Counted from the first letter of the stretch, positions 28,339-38,277 are shown. The stretch: 64,000 nucleotides of DNA from Actinomycetota bacterium (GCA_048498715.1 JBEHXL010000013.1:490-64489); one strand, 5' to 3'. The notes: generated by a model from the letters alone, not told the origin. Made by a program: numbers and translations.

Positions 28339-29543
28339 CTAACAGAACAGCGCGTCGGCGTCGGACAGCGCTGCGATGAATCGGTCGATATCGGTCGTGT
28401 CGTTGTAGACGTAGAACGACGCGCGGGCCGTCGCGGCCACACCGAGGCAGCGCATGAGCGGCTTGGCGCAGTGGTGGCCGGCCCGCACGCACACACCGTG
28501 CTGGTCGAGCACCTGGGCGAGGTCGTGCGGGTGGATGTCCTTGTAGGCGACGGAGAAGACGCCCGTACGGTCCTTCGTGTTCTGCGGACCGTGCACGGTC
28601 GCGGCATCACCGAAAGCGTCGCGGAAGGCGTCGAACGCGTACTGCGTGAGCTCGACTTCGTGGGCCCGAACGTTCTCCATACCGAGCTCGTTCAGGTAAT
28701 CGATCGCCGCGCCGAGCCCAACCGCTTCGGCGATCGGGGGCGTGCCGGCTTCGAACTTCCACGGCACGTCGTTGGTCTCGAAGCTGTCGAGGCGGACGTC
28801 GCGGATCATCTCGCCGCCCCCGAGGAACGGCGGCATCGCTTCGAGCAGGTCCTTGCGCGCCCACAGGCCGCCGATGCCGGTCGGGCCGAGCATCTTGTGA
28901 CCCGTCCACCCGAACGCGTCAGCGCCGAGATCCTTCACGTCGGTCGCGATGTGCGGAGCCGACTGGGCACCGTCGACGAAAACCACCGCGCCGACGGCGT
29001 GCGCTGCGTCGGTGATCTGGCGAATCGGATTAAGCGTGCCGAGGACGTTCGACGCTGCGGTGACGCCCACGAACTTCACGCCCTGCAACTTCGCGTCGAG
29101 GTCGGACAGGTCGAGGTAGCCGTCGGCGGTGACGTCGAGGTAGCGCAGTTCGACACCCAGCTGCGGCGCCAAGATCAGCCATGGCACCAACATCGCGTGG
29201 TGCTCCATCTGCGTGAGCAACACGACGTCGCCTGGCTTGAGGTTGGCGCGGCCCCAGCTCTGCACGAACAGGTTCGACGCCTCGGTGACGTTCTTGGTGA
29301 AGACGATCTCGTCGGTGCGTCCGCCGAGGAAGCGGGCGACCTTGCCCCGCGCGTCCTCGTACATCTGGGTCGCCTGCTCGGCGATGGCGTACACGCCGCG
29401 GTGCACGTTGGCGTGGGTCGTCTCGTAGTAGTTGGCCATCGCTTCGATGACCGCAGTGGGCTTCTGCGACGACGACGCCGAGTCGAGGTAGACGAGCTTG
29501 CCGTCGGCCAGGATGGGAAAGTCGCCGCTTTTAACGAGGCTGC

Positions 29544-29553
<10 letters not shown>
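28339..29553 (-). CDS. sufS: Cysteine desulfurase SufS
   Basis: YLDSASSSQKP, ANVHRG, GHKMLGPTGIG, FEAGTP, RAGHHCA. Confidence 0.94.
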
Positions 29554-30284
<731 letters not shown>

Positions 30285-30298
30285 GGGGCCTCGATTGT

Positions 30299-30324
30299 AT
30301 TACCACTACGCACGTAGTGGAAAT
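30299..30324. promoter_or_regulatory. Palindromic operator (SufR-like candidate) upstream of sufC-sufS-sufU
   Basis: ATTA-CCACTACG-CA-CGTAGTGG-AAAT abuts the TACAAT -10 box (minus strand 30294-30299). Confidence 0.55.
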
Positions 30325-30375
30325 CCCTGGAGGGCGTGACTTGGTCGTAACGCACGCCTGACAAACTCCTCGGCG

Positions 30376-32517
30376 ATGACGGACCCTTGGGCGTTCAATG
30401 ATGCACCGCCGGTCGTAGCCGGAGAAGGTGGCGTGCTCTCGCTGGTCGAGGGCTCCTCGTTCTGCATTTCGGCCGCGTCCGGCGACATCGTGGCCGGGTC
30501 GCCTCACGGTTTGTTCTTCCGCGACTCGCGCCTGCTCAGCCGGTTCGAGCTGCGAGTCAACGGCGCTCGTCCGGAGCTGCTCGCCAACGCAACGCCCGAG
30601 CCGTTCGCCGGCGCCTTCGTCGGACGGGGCGCGCCCAAGCCGGGCGTCGCGGACTCGACCCTGATGGTCTTTCGCCGTCGATGGATCGGTCGGGGGATGC
30701 GCGAGGACATCGAGTTGCGCAACGTCGGTCGCGAGCCGGCGTACTGCCTCGTCGAACTCGCGATCGAGAGTGACTTCGCCGACCTGTTCGAGGTCAAGGA
30801 ACAGCGCGTCGCTGCGGGTGACCCGACGACGGTGTCGATCGAAGGCAGTGTGCTGCGGTTCCGACACGCTCGTGGTGGCTCGACGCGCACGTTGCACCTC
30901 GGGTTCGACGAGACGGCGCGGCTCACCAATCACCGCGTCACGTGGGAGGTGATCGTCCCGGCCGACGGGTCGTGGTCGACGTCGATCGGGGCGTCGGTGT
31001 CGATCGACGACCACGCCATCGAGCCACGCTTCAAACCCGGCGTCGAACCGAAGAAAGCGGCGCCCGAGGAGTGGCTGAATCGTTGGCGCGCAACGGTGCC
31101 GCAGGTCGAGTCCGACCACCCGACGCTGGCCAACGTGATCGCCCGCGGCGCCGAGGACCTCGGCGCGTTGCGCATGTTCGACCCAGAGCACCCCGAACGT
31201 GCGGTCGTTGCCGCCGGAGCGCCGTGGTTCATGACGCTGTTCGGCCGCGACTCCCTGTTCACGAGTTGGATGGCGCTTCCCGTCGACCCCGATCTCGCGC
31301 TCGGCGTGCTGCAGACACTCGCCCGTTTTCAGGGAACCAAGCTCGACGCGAAGACGGAAGAAGAGCCGGGTCGGATTCTTCACGAAATGCGCTTCGGCGA
31401 GGCGGCGACGTTGTCGCTCGGCGGCGGCACGATCTACTACGGCACCGCCGACGCGACACCGCTGTTCGTCGTCGTGCTGGGCGAGCTCCGGCGGTGGGGC
31501 CTCGCGCCCGAGGTGGTCGACGCGCTGGCCCCCAACGCCGAGGCTGCCGTCAACTGGCTCGTCAACCACGGCGACCTCGACGGCGACGGCTACATCGAGT
31601 ACCAACGCAAGACCGATCACGGCCTCCAGAACCAGGGCTGGAAGGACTCCTGGGACGGGATCCAGTTCGCCAACGGCGAGATCGCGCGGGCGCCGATTGC
31701 GCTGGCCGAAGTGCAGGGATATGCGTACGCGGCCTACCTCGCGTGGGCGTACTTCCTCGACGAACTCGGCCGATCCGAGGAGTCCCAGCAGTGGCGCCAG
31801 CGCGCCGCGGAGTTGAAGCGAAAGTTCAACGAGGACTTCTGGATGGATGACAAGCAGTGTTTCGCCGTCGCGCTCGACGCCGACAAGAACAAGGTCGACG
31901 CCGTCGCATCGAACCAGGGTCACTGCTTGTGGACCGGCATCGTCGAGACCGACAAGGCCGCCGGTGTCGTCGCCGCGCTCATGTCACCCGAGATGTTCAG
32001 CGGCTGGGGCGTGCGCACCATGGCGACCGACAGCGCCGGCTACAACCCGATCGGCTACCACACGGGATCGGTCTGGCCCCACGACAACGCGATGATCGTC
32101 GCCGGCCTCGTCCGCTACGGCTTCGTCGACGAGGCGCACCTGATCGTCAACGGCATTCTCGATTCTGCCGCGATGGAAGGCGGACGGTTGCCCGAGTTGT
32201 TCGCGGGACTCGCCCGCGACGACTTTCCCGGCGTGGTGCCGTATCCCACGTCGTGCTCACCCCAGGCGTGGGCGGCCGCGACCCCCCTCGCGTTCCTGCG
32301 CAGCGTGTTGCGTCTCGACCCGTGGGTGCCCCACGGGCAGGTGTGGATTGCGCCACGGCTGCTGCCCGGGATGACGGAGCTACGCGTCGGCAACATCGCG
32401 CTCGGCGGCGGCCGCCTATCGGTCTCCGTCGACGAGAAGGGCGTGAAGGTCTCGGGCGTCCCCGACGGCATCGAAGTCGTCGACGAACCCCGGCAGCCAC
32501 TGACGGCGCAGACCTGA
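30376..32517 (+). CDS. Glycogen debranching enzyme-like amylo-alpha-1,6-glucosidase
   Basis: AGAPWFMTLFGRDS, EEPGRILHE, NQGWKDS, YHTGSVWPHDN, RLPELF, CSPQAWA. Confidence 0.9.
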   Translation: MTDPWAFNDAPPVVAGEGGVLSLVEGSSFCISAASGDIVAGSPHGLFFRDSRLLSRFELRVNGARPELLANATPEPFAGAFVGRGAPKPGVADSTLMVFRRRWIGRGMREDIELRNVGREPAYCLVELAIESDFADLFEVKEQRVAAGDPTTVSIEGSVLRFRHARGGSTRTLHLGFDETARLTNHRVTWEVIVPADGSWSTSIGASVSIDDHAIEPRFKPGVEPKKAAPEEWLNRWRATVPQVESDHPTLANVIARGAEDLGALRMFDPEHPERAVVAAGAPWFMTLFGRDSLFTSWMALPVDPDLALGVLQTLARFQGTKLDAKTEEEPGRILHEMRFGEAATLSLGGGTIYYGTADATPLFVVVLGELRRWGLAPEVVDALAPNAEAAVNWLVNHGDLDGDGYIEYQRKTDHGLQNQGWKDSWDGIQFANGEIARAPIALAEVQGYAYAAYLAWAYFLDELGRSEESQQWRQRAAELKRKFNEDFWMDDKQCFAVALDADKNKVDAVASNQGHCLWTGIVETDKAAGVVAALMSPEMFSGWGVRTMATDSAGYNPIGYHTGSVWPHDNAMIVAGLVRYGFVDEAHLIVNGILDSAAMEGGRLPELFAGLARDDFPGVVPYPTSCSPQAWAAATPLAFLRSVLRLDPWVPHGQVWIAPRLLPGMTELRVGNIALGGGRLSVSVDEKGVKVSGVPDGIEVVDEPRQPLTAQT

Positions 32518-32520
32518 CCA

Positions 32521-32573
32521 CCGCGTTCTTGTGCTGTTTCGGGGCGCTATGGCGCCCGAAACAGCACGAGAAC
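32521..32573. repeat. REP-like palindrome, copy 1 (between convergent genes)
   Basis: GTTCTTGTGCTGTTTCGGGGCGC-TATG-GCGCCCGAAACAGCACGAGAAC; 47 nt identical to 40738-40784. Confidence 0.85.
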
Positions 32574-32577
32574 CCAG

Positions 32578-33189
32578 CTACCAGCGGCGTGCTTCCCACT
32601 CGTCGAGGTGGGGGCGTTCGTTGCCGAGCATGGTCCAGTTGCCGTGGCCCGGGAGCACGACGGTGTCGTCGCCGTAGACGAACAGGCGTGAGCGCAACGA
32701 GGTCATGATCGTGTCGAAGTCGCTGTGCTCGAAGCTGGTGTTGCCCGGCCCTCCCGGGAACAAGGTGTCGCCGGTGAAGAGCAGGGGAGTGCCCTTGACC
32801 TGAAAGCAGATCGAGCCGGGCGTGTGGCCCGGCGTCGCGATCGCGTCGAGCCGGAGTCGGCCAACTTCGAGCACCGACTCGTCCTCGAGAATGTCGTCGT
32901 AGCTGGGCAACATCGCGGCGTCGGCCGCGGTCACCCCGACCCGGTAGCCCGCCTCGCGCACCGCCGGCACGGCCTGGATGTGGTCCCAGTGCCCGTGCGT
33001 TTCCACGACGCGCTTCACGTCGAGCGCCTTGCACAGGTCGAGCAACCGCTCGTGCTCGTTGGCGGCGTCGATGAGCAGGCCTTCGCCCGTCTCCTTGCAC
33101 CGCACCACGTAGACGTTGTTCTCGTAGTCACCGACGACGACCGCATGGATCGCGGCCAGCCCGTCCTCGTAGATCAGCGTCTGACTCAT
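32578..33189 (-). CDS. MBL-fold metallo-hydrolase (glyoxalase II-like)
   Basis: THGHWDH, TPGHTPG, FTGDTLF, LPGHG. Confidence 0.9.
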   Translation of the reverse strand: MSQTLIYEDGLAAIHAVVVGDYENNVYVVRCKETGEGLLIDAANEHERLLDLCKALDVKRVVETHGHWDHIQAVPAVREAGYRVGVTAADAAMLPSYDDILEDESVLEVGRLRLDAIATPGHTPGSICFQVKGTPLLFTGDTLFPGGPGNTSFEHSDFDTIMTSLRSRLFVYGDDTVVLPGHGNWTMLGNERPHLDEWEARRW

Positions 33190-33578
33190 CCGATCACCGT
33201 AGCGACGTCCGGATGCAGCGCGGCCAGGCCCTTGTCCAGCGTGACGAGCCGCGCGTCGTGCGCCCGGGCCAGCGCGGCGAGGTAGGAGTCCGCGATCTGG
33301 CGGTGACCGACTACGCCCGAGAAGGTGACGTGGCGCAGCTCGATGTCGTCGGCCCAGAACTCGTGGCGTTCGTTTGCGGCAAGCGTGGTGAGCACTGCAC
33401 TGGCCTCAGCCGCGGTGGCGCCGGCGCGCACGAGGAACCGCATCAACGCCGACTGGGTCGCCGGGCAGGTTGCGAACGGTGCCGTCTCCCGGGCGAACCA
33501 CTCTTCGGCGAGCGTGTGGTGAATGTGGTCCGACACGATCAGTGCGACAAGAAAGTTGCCGTCGAGCAAATCAGTCAT
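33186..33578 (-). CDS. vapC: VapC PIN-domain toxin
   Basis: LLDGN, HIHH, HRQIADSYL, LVTLD. Confidence 0.88.
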   Translation of the reverse strand: MTDLLDGNFLVALIVSDHIHHTLAEEWFARETAPFATCPATQSALMRFLVRAGATAAEASAVLTTLAANERHEFWADDIELRHVTFSGVVGHRQIADSYLAALARAHDARLVTLDKGLAALHPDVATVIG

Positions 33579-33792
33579 CGAGCGACCGCACGTCATCCAC
33601 GGTGACGATCCGGCCCACCCGCGCCAGCGGCAGCCCCGTACGCCGCGAGCGGCCGACCGTGACCGAGCCCGGCTCGCCCATGCCGCGGCGAATCAGCATC
33701 ACCACGGCTTCGCTCAGGGTCACTCCCTGATCCCGCGCGATGCCCTTCGCGGCGGTGTGCAGATCCTGCGGAAGGTCGATGGTCGTTCGCAT
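33571..33792 (-). CDS. vapB: VapB-type antitoxin (RHH)
   Basis: MRTTIDLP..., TGLP, overlaps vapC start. Confidence 0.85.
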   Translation of the reverse strand: MRTTIDLPQDLHTAAKGIARDQGVTLSEAVVMLIRRGMGEPGSVTVGRSRRTGLPLARVGRIVTVDDVRSLDD

Positions 33793-33817
33793 CAAGATGC
33801 ATTGTGCATCAAGATGT
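33789..33817. promoter_or_regulatory. Tandem palindromic operators for vapBC autoregulation
   Basis: GCATC-AA-GATGC (33789-33800) and GCATC-AA-GATGT (33806-33817) straddle the CACAAT -10 box and the ATG. Confidence 0.7.
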
Positions 33818-33833
33818 ATCCTCGGTACGAAAA

Positions 33834-33849
33834 TTGACTGGTCGGTCAA
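33834..33849. promoter_or_regulatory. TetR-type operator candidate upstream of acyl-CoA dehydrogenase
   Basis: TTGACTGGTCGGTCAA near-palindrome adjacent to the TAGAAA -10-like box. Confidence 0.55.
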
Positions 33850-33863
33850 CTAGAAAGCCCCGC

Positions 33864-34976
33864 ATGAATTTCGCCTTCACCGAAGAGCAGGACGAGCTGC
33901 GCAACTCCGTGCGCAAGTTCCTCGAGGCCAAGTCCGCGTCCGCGACGGTCCGCCAGCTGATGGAGACCACCGATGGTTACGACCCGGCGGTGTGGAACCA
34001 GATGGGCAGTGAGCTCGGCCTCCAGGGCCTCGCCATCCCCGAAGAGTTCGGTGGCTCGGGCTACGGCTTCATCGAGCTCGGCATCGTCCTCGAGGAGATG
34101 GGCCGCGCCCTGCTGTGCGCCCCGTTCTTCTCGGGCGTGCTCGCCTCGACCGCACTGCTGCAGTCCGGTGACGATGCGGCCAAGAAGGAATTCCTCCCCG
34201 GCATCGCGTCGGGCGAAACAATCGCCACGCTCGCCTTCACCGAGCAGAACGGCCGCTGGGACGAAGAGGGCATCACGCTTGCCGCCACCCAGTCGGGCGA
34301 CTCCTGGAGCCTCACCGGCAACAAGATGTACGTGCTCGACGGCCACGTCGCGAACCTGATCATCGTCGCCGCCCGCACCGCCGCCGGCGTGTCGCTGTTC
34401 GCCGTCGACGCCACCGACGCGTCGGTCACCCGCGAGGCGCTGTCCACCATGGACCAGACCCGCAAGCAGGCCAGCGTCACGTTCGACAACACGCCGGCCA
34501 AGCTCATCGGCACCGACGGCGCCGGCTGGGCCACGATGCAGACCACCCTCGACCTCGCTGCGATTGCGCTGGCGAACGAGCAGGTCGGCGGCGCGCAGAA
34601 GTGCCTCGAGATGTCGGTCGAGTACGCGAAGGTGCGCGTCCAGTTCGGTCGCCCGATCGGTTCGTTCCAGGCCATCAAGCACAAGTGCGCCGACATGCTC
34701 CTCGAGGTCGAGTCGGCGAAGTCCGCGGCCTACTACGCGGCTTGGTGCGCGGCCGAGATGAACGACGAGCTGCCCGTCACCGCGTCGCTGGCCAAGGCCT
34801 ACTGCTCGGATGCGTACTTCCACGCTGCGGCCGAGAACATCCAGATCCACGGTGGTATCGGCTTCACCTGGGAGCACGACGCTCACCTGTACTTCAAGCG
34901 GGCCAAGTCGATGGAGCTCTTCCTGGGCGACCCGACGTACCACCGCGAGCTGCTTGCGCAGCGCATCGGTATCTAA
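33864..34976 (+). CDS. Acyl-CoA dehydrogenase (FadE27/28-like subunit)
   Basis: MNFAFTEEQ, PEEFGGSG, QFGRPIGSFQAIKH, QIHGGIGFTWEH. Confidence 0.92.
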   Translation: MNFAFTEEQDELRNSVRKFLEAKSASATVRQLMETTDGYDPAVWNQMGSELGLQGLAIPEEFGGSGYGFIELGIVLEEMGRALLCAPFFSGVLASTALLQSGDDAAKKEFLPGIASGETIATLAFTEQNGRWDEEGITLAATQSGDSWSLTGNKMYVLDGHVANLIIVAARTAAGVSLFAVDATDASVTREALSTMDQTRKQASVTFDNTPAKLIGTDGAGWATMQTTLDLAAIALANEQVGGAQKCLEMSVEYAKVRVQFGRPIGSFQAIKHKCADMLLEVESAKSAAYYAAWCAAEMNDELPVTASLAKAYCSDAYFHAAAENIQIHGGIGFTWEHDAHLYFKRAKSMELFLGDPTYHRELLAQRIGI

Positions 34977-35456
34977 GTGATCCGACGCGTCGTTTCGACA
35001 ACGACGCTGCTCGTAGCAGTGGCCCTCGTCCTCGTGACGGGGGCCGCTGCGCGTGCGGAAACCGAAGTTACGGAGCCGCCGCCGACGACAGCTACTACGG
35101 AGCTTCCGACCACCACAACCGTCAAGGCCACGACGACCACGGCCAAGGCCACGACCACAACCGCCAAGCGAGTCACAACCACCACCTCCCTCGTGACCAC
35201 GTCGACCACCGAGGAGGAAATCCTCGACGTCGAGACGACGATCGACGAAGAAACGACGACGACGTTCCCCGAGACCACCACGACGACGGAGCCCGAGAAG
35301 AAGGACACCAGCGTCAACGGGGCGCTGGTCGGCTTGCTCGTCCTGCTCATCCTCGGGATCGGAGCGGGTGCGGTCGTGGTGTTCCTGCGGATGCGCCGCG
35401 ACTCGGGCTTCGACGACACCGACCCGTACGACGACGGGTACGACGAGAGGTTTTGA
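34977..35456 (+). CDS. Thr-rich secreted, membrane-anchored hypothetical protein
   Basis: Signal peptide (ARA), poly-Thr stalk, C-terminal TM helix plus acidic tail. Confidence 0.75.
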   Translation: MIRRVVSTTTLLVAVALVLVTGAAARAETEVTEPPPTTATTELPTTTTVKATTTTAKATTTTAKRVTTTTSLVTTSTTEEEILDVETTIDEETTTTFPETTTTTEPEKKDTSVNGALVGLLVLLILGIGAGAVVVFLRMRRDSGFDDTDPYDDGYDERF

Positions 35457-35869
35457 TGCTCATCGCCGCCGCCGTGCTCACGGCGATCATCGTGTTCGCG
35501 ATCGCCGCCGGCGCGGTCGGTCGTGAAGCGCACCTGCTCGACGCGGTGCCGGCGCGTCCCGTGTTCGATCCCGACGAGGCGACGACCTGGATCGCTGAGC
35601 ACCTGCCGCCCCAGACGACCGCAGCGTTGTCCTACGCCGAAGTCGGTCAGATCGTCAACGCAACGCTTGACTTGCTGCGCTCGCATGCGGGTGTCGCCAA
35701 GACCAGCGGCGAGGTTCCTGACGCCGGTGAAGAGGTCGTCGTCGACGAGGATTCCGCCGTTGCCCACGCCGCCGGATCGCTGCCGGTCGAGCATGTGCGG
35801 TTCGTCGTTCAGGCCGTCTTCTCGTATCTCGAAGTCATTGGTGCCGTCGGTCCTGTGAAGGACTCGTAA
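35456..35869 (+). CDS. Hypothetical protein with N-terminal TM helix
   Basis: ATG overlaps upstream TGA (TGATG); MLIAAAVL...YLEVIGAVGP. Confidence 0.7.
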   Translation: MLIAAAVLTAIIVFAIAAGAVGREAHLLDAVPARPVFDPDEATTWIAEHLPPQTTAALSYAEVGQIVNATLDLLRSHAGVAKTSGEVPDAGEEVVVDEDSAVAHAAGSLPVEHVRFVVQAVFSYLEVIGAVGPVKDS

Positions 35870-35947
35870 ACGCGTCGTAAATGACACCACCTCGGCCCGA
35901 AATCGTGATTCAATTTCGGCACCAGAGAAAGGAGGTGGTCCAAGACA

Positions 35948-35989
35948 ATGCACTTAGTTTTTAGGACTCTGGAGGTGGCTGGCCGCTAA
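35948..35989 (+). CDS. Candidate micropeptide MHLVFRTLEVAGR
   Basis: ATG 11 nt after AAAGGAGGT; uses rare codons TTA, GTT, TTT, AGG, ACT. Confidence 0.35.
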   Translation: MHLVFRTLEVAGR

Positions 35990-36104
35990 GGCGGCAAGTC
36001 GGACCACCCGGCGAATACTCGCCAGTCACCCTCGTTGAAGTCCCGGGCAGGATCTCGTCCTCCCTGCGCAGTCCGGTCAACGGGAACTTTCGACAAACAT
36101 TGTT

Positions 36105-36138
36105 CGGAGGGGTCGCATCGTTCGGTGCGGCCCCTCCG
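36105..36138 (+). terminator. Stem-loop (terminator-like, no U-tract)
   Basis: CGGAGGGGTCGCATC-GTTC-GGTGCGGCCCCTCCG. Confidence 0.6.
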
Positions 36139-36167
36139 GCGCGTCTGCGGATAAGTTGAAAAACGTC

Positions 36168-36383
36168 ATGAGTCGACCGCTTCGTTTCGAACATCACCGC
36201 TTTGTCGGCGACAAGCGCTCGCAGGTCGTCTACGACCTCGATGCTGCCGACGTCGACGCCGCCAAGATCGACGAGCTGATGAGCGCGCAGACCTACATCT
36301 GCTTCGGCCCCGACCGCCTCGCTGAAGCCCGTAACCGTGGCTACAAGCTGTGGAAGGGTCACGCGGATCGCAATCCTGAGTAA
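36168..36383 (+). CDS. Small hypothetical protein (distantly Ada metal-binding-domain-like pattern)
   Basis: RFVGDKRSQVVYD...CF...EARNRGY; TAAGTT -10 upstream. Confidence 0.7.
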   Translation: MSRPLRFEHHRFVGDKRSQVVYDLDAADVDAAKIDELMSAQTYICFGPDRLAEARNRGYKLWKGHADRNPE

Positions 36384-36391
36384 GCCGCTGT

Positions 36392-37171
36392 ATGGCTGAA
36401 CCGGTCGTGCTGCCAGGCGGGGCGGGCGATCTCGTCGGGCAACTCGCGTTGCCACCGGGTGCCGAGCGCGGCGCGGCGGCCGTCATCCTCTGCCACGGGT
36501 TTCCCGGCACACCCAAAGGAGCTCTGGCCAGCGGTGAGGGGTACGCCGAGCTCGCCGAGTTCATCGCAGACGAAACCGGCGCGGCGGTGCTGACCTTCAC
36601 GTTCCGGGGCTGTGGCCAGTCCAAGGGCGAGTTCTCGCTGCAGGGGTGGATCGACGACTTGGGCGTCGCGATCGACTGGTTGACGACGACCCGCGACGTG
36701 GACCACGTCGGGGTGGCCGGCTTCTCGGCCGGTGGTGGCGTCGCGCTGTGCCGGGCCGCCAAAGACAAGCGCGTCCGATCGATCGCCGGCTTCGCCGTGC
36801 CGGCGACGTTCGACACCTGGGCTCAGGAACCCCGCAAATTCCTCGACCGCTGTCGCGAGGTCGGCGTGGTGCGCACCAAGAACTTCCCCGAGGACATCAC
36901 TGCGTGGGCCGCGGAACTCGTGGACAACAGCCCGCGCAAGGCGATCTCGATGATGGGCCGTCGCCCGGTGCTGCTGGTGCACGGCAAGGACGACGAGACC
37001 GTGCCGGTCACCGCGGCGCGCGAGTTGATGGCGGCCGGCGGCGAGATGGGTGCGATCGACGTGCGCGTGTTGTTCGGCGCGGTGCATCGCCTGCGCCACG
37101 ATCCACGCGCAATCGCGATTTTGGTCGGGTGGGCCTCGCGGCTGGGGCCACATAGGAGCGACAGCGAATGA
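36392..37171 (+). CDS. Alpha/beta hydrolase
   Basis: CHGFP, RGCGQS, GFSAGG, VHGKDDETVP. Confidence 0.85.
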   Translation: MAEPVVLPGGAGDLVGQLALPPGAERGAAAVILCHGFPGTPKGALASGEGYAELAEFIADETGAAVLTFTFRGCGQSKGEFSLQGWIDDLGVAIDWLTTTRDVDHVGVAGFSAGGGVALCRAAKDKRVRSIAGFAVPATFDTWAQEPRKFLDRCREVGVVRTKNFPEDITAWAAELVDNSPRKAISMMGRRPVLLVHGKDDETVPVTAARELMAAGGEMGAIDVRVLFGAVHRLRHDPRAIAILVGWASRLGPHRSDSE

Positions 37172-38268
37172 ACGAGTGGATTCTCCGTCTCGACGAAGGC
37201 CCGGCGGACGGTCCTCGGCTGGCGGTCAAGGACGCGATCGACGTGGCCGGCACGGTGACAACCGTGGGCTGCAAGGCGCTGGCGGATCGCGGCGAGGTTG
37301 CTACCGAAGACGCAGACGTGGTCAAGAACGCACGGGCGTTCGGCGCCCGCATCGTCGGCAAGACCAACCTGCACGAGCTGTGCTTCGGCACGACGGGCGC
37401 CAACCCGACCTTCGGTGATCCGGTGAATCCGAAGTGGCCGGAGCTGATTCCCGGGGGATCGTCGAGCGGGTCGGCGGTCGCGGTCGCCAACGGCGAGGCG
37501 GACGTCGCGCTCGGCACTGATACAGGTGGCTCGGTGCGTCTGCCGGCAACGTGCTGCGGTGTCACCGGGCTCAAGACCACCCTCGGCCGCATTTCGACCA
37601 AGGGCCTGTGGCCGCTCGCTCCCTCGCTCGACACCGTGGGGCCGATCGCGCGCGACGTCGCCGGTCTGGTGCTCGGCATGCAGATGCTCGAGCCGGGCTT
37701 CTCCGTCGAAGGTGCGCAGGCCGCCATGGTCATCGGCCGCGTCGCCTCGCCGGTACCGGTCGATCCACAACTCGAGGCCGTCGTCGATCGCGCCTTGCGC
37801 GACGCCGAGCGCAACGTCGAACCCGTCACACTCGACGGATGGGACCGCGGCAGTCGTGCGTTCGCGTCCGTGATCGGGTTCGAGGCGTGGCAGTCCGACG
37901 GTGCGTTGATGGGCATTCCGGGCGGCGTGCACGACTACGTGGGTGACCGGCTCCGTGGGTGCTCGTTCGTGACCGCGGAGGCGTACGACGAAGCCCGCAA
38001 CGAGCAGAAGGTCTGGGCCGACGAGGTCGACCGGCTGCTCCAGCGGGTACCGCTGCTCGCGATGCCCATGCTCGAGTCGGCGCCGCCGCCCGTCGGTGCG
38101 GCGTATCTGCAGAACGCGCTGGCCTTTCCCTGGAACATGGCGGGTCTGCCTTCGTTGGCGCTGTCACTCCCGGGTATGCCGGGTTCCGCCATCCAGCTCA
38201 TCGGGCCTCGCGGAGGAGAGGAACTTCTTCTCGCGACCGCCGCGCTCATCGAGGCATCGATCAACTAG
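37168..38268 (+). CDS. Amidase (amidase signature family)
   Basis: AVKD, GKTNLHE, PGGSSSGSA, GTDTGGSVRLPA. Confidence 0.92.
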   Translation: MNEWILRLDEGPADGPRLAVKDAIDVAGTVTTVGCKALADRGEVATEDADVVKNARAFGARIVGKTNLHELCFGTTGANPTFGDPVNPKWPELIPGGSSSGSAVAVANGEADVALGTDTGGSVRLPATCCGVTGLKTTLGRISTKGLWPLAPSLDTVGPIARDVAGLVLGMQMLEPGFSVEGAQAAMVIGRVASPVPVDPQLEAVVDRALRDAERNVEPVTLDGWDRGSRAFASVIGFEAWQSDGALMGIPGGVHDYVGDRLRGCSFVTAEAYDEARNEQKVWADEVDRLLQRVPLLAMPMLESAPPPVGAAYLQNALAFPWNMAGLPSLALSLPGMPGSAIQLIGPRGGEELLLATAALIEASIN

Positions 38269-38277
38269 TAATTCCGT

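Larger units (their letters stand above)
35886..36138 (+). ncRNA. Candidate structured RNA with 16S-tail complement and 13-codon ORF
   Basis: Several hairpins, alternative pairings around AGAAAGGAGGTGGTCCA, ends in a 15-bp stem-loop; locally more AT-rich than flanking genes. Confidence 0.5.

Noticed and set aside
34977-35300. ACC/ACG microsatellite-like tracts (also about 20800-20900, 21590-21630, 63830-63880)
   Set aside because: They encode Thr-rich linkers with mixed codons and are not DNA-level repeats.
35926-35942. 16S rRNA gene remnant on the minus strand
   Set aside because: The match is limited to 17 nt and the flanks do not continue into helix 45 sequence (GCCGCACCTTCC...).
35881-35964. 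Alternative 27-aa ORF MTPPRPEIVIQFRHQRKEVVQDNALSF
   Set aside because: No SD or properly spaced -10 box; not called, though it cannot be excluded without Ribo-seq.
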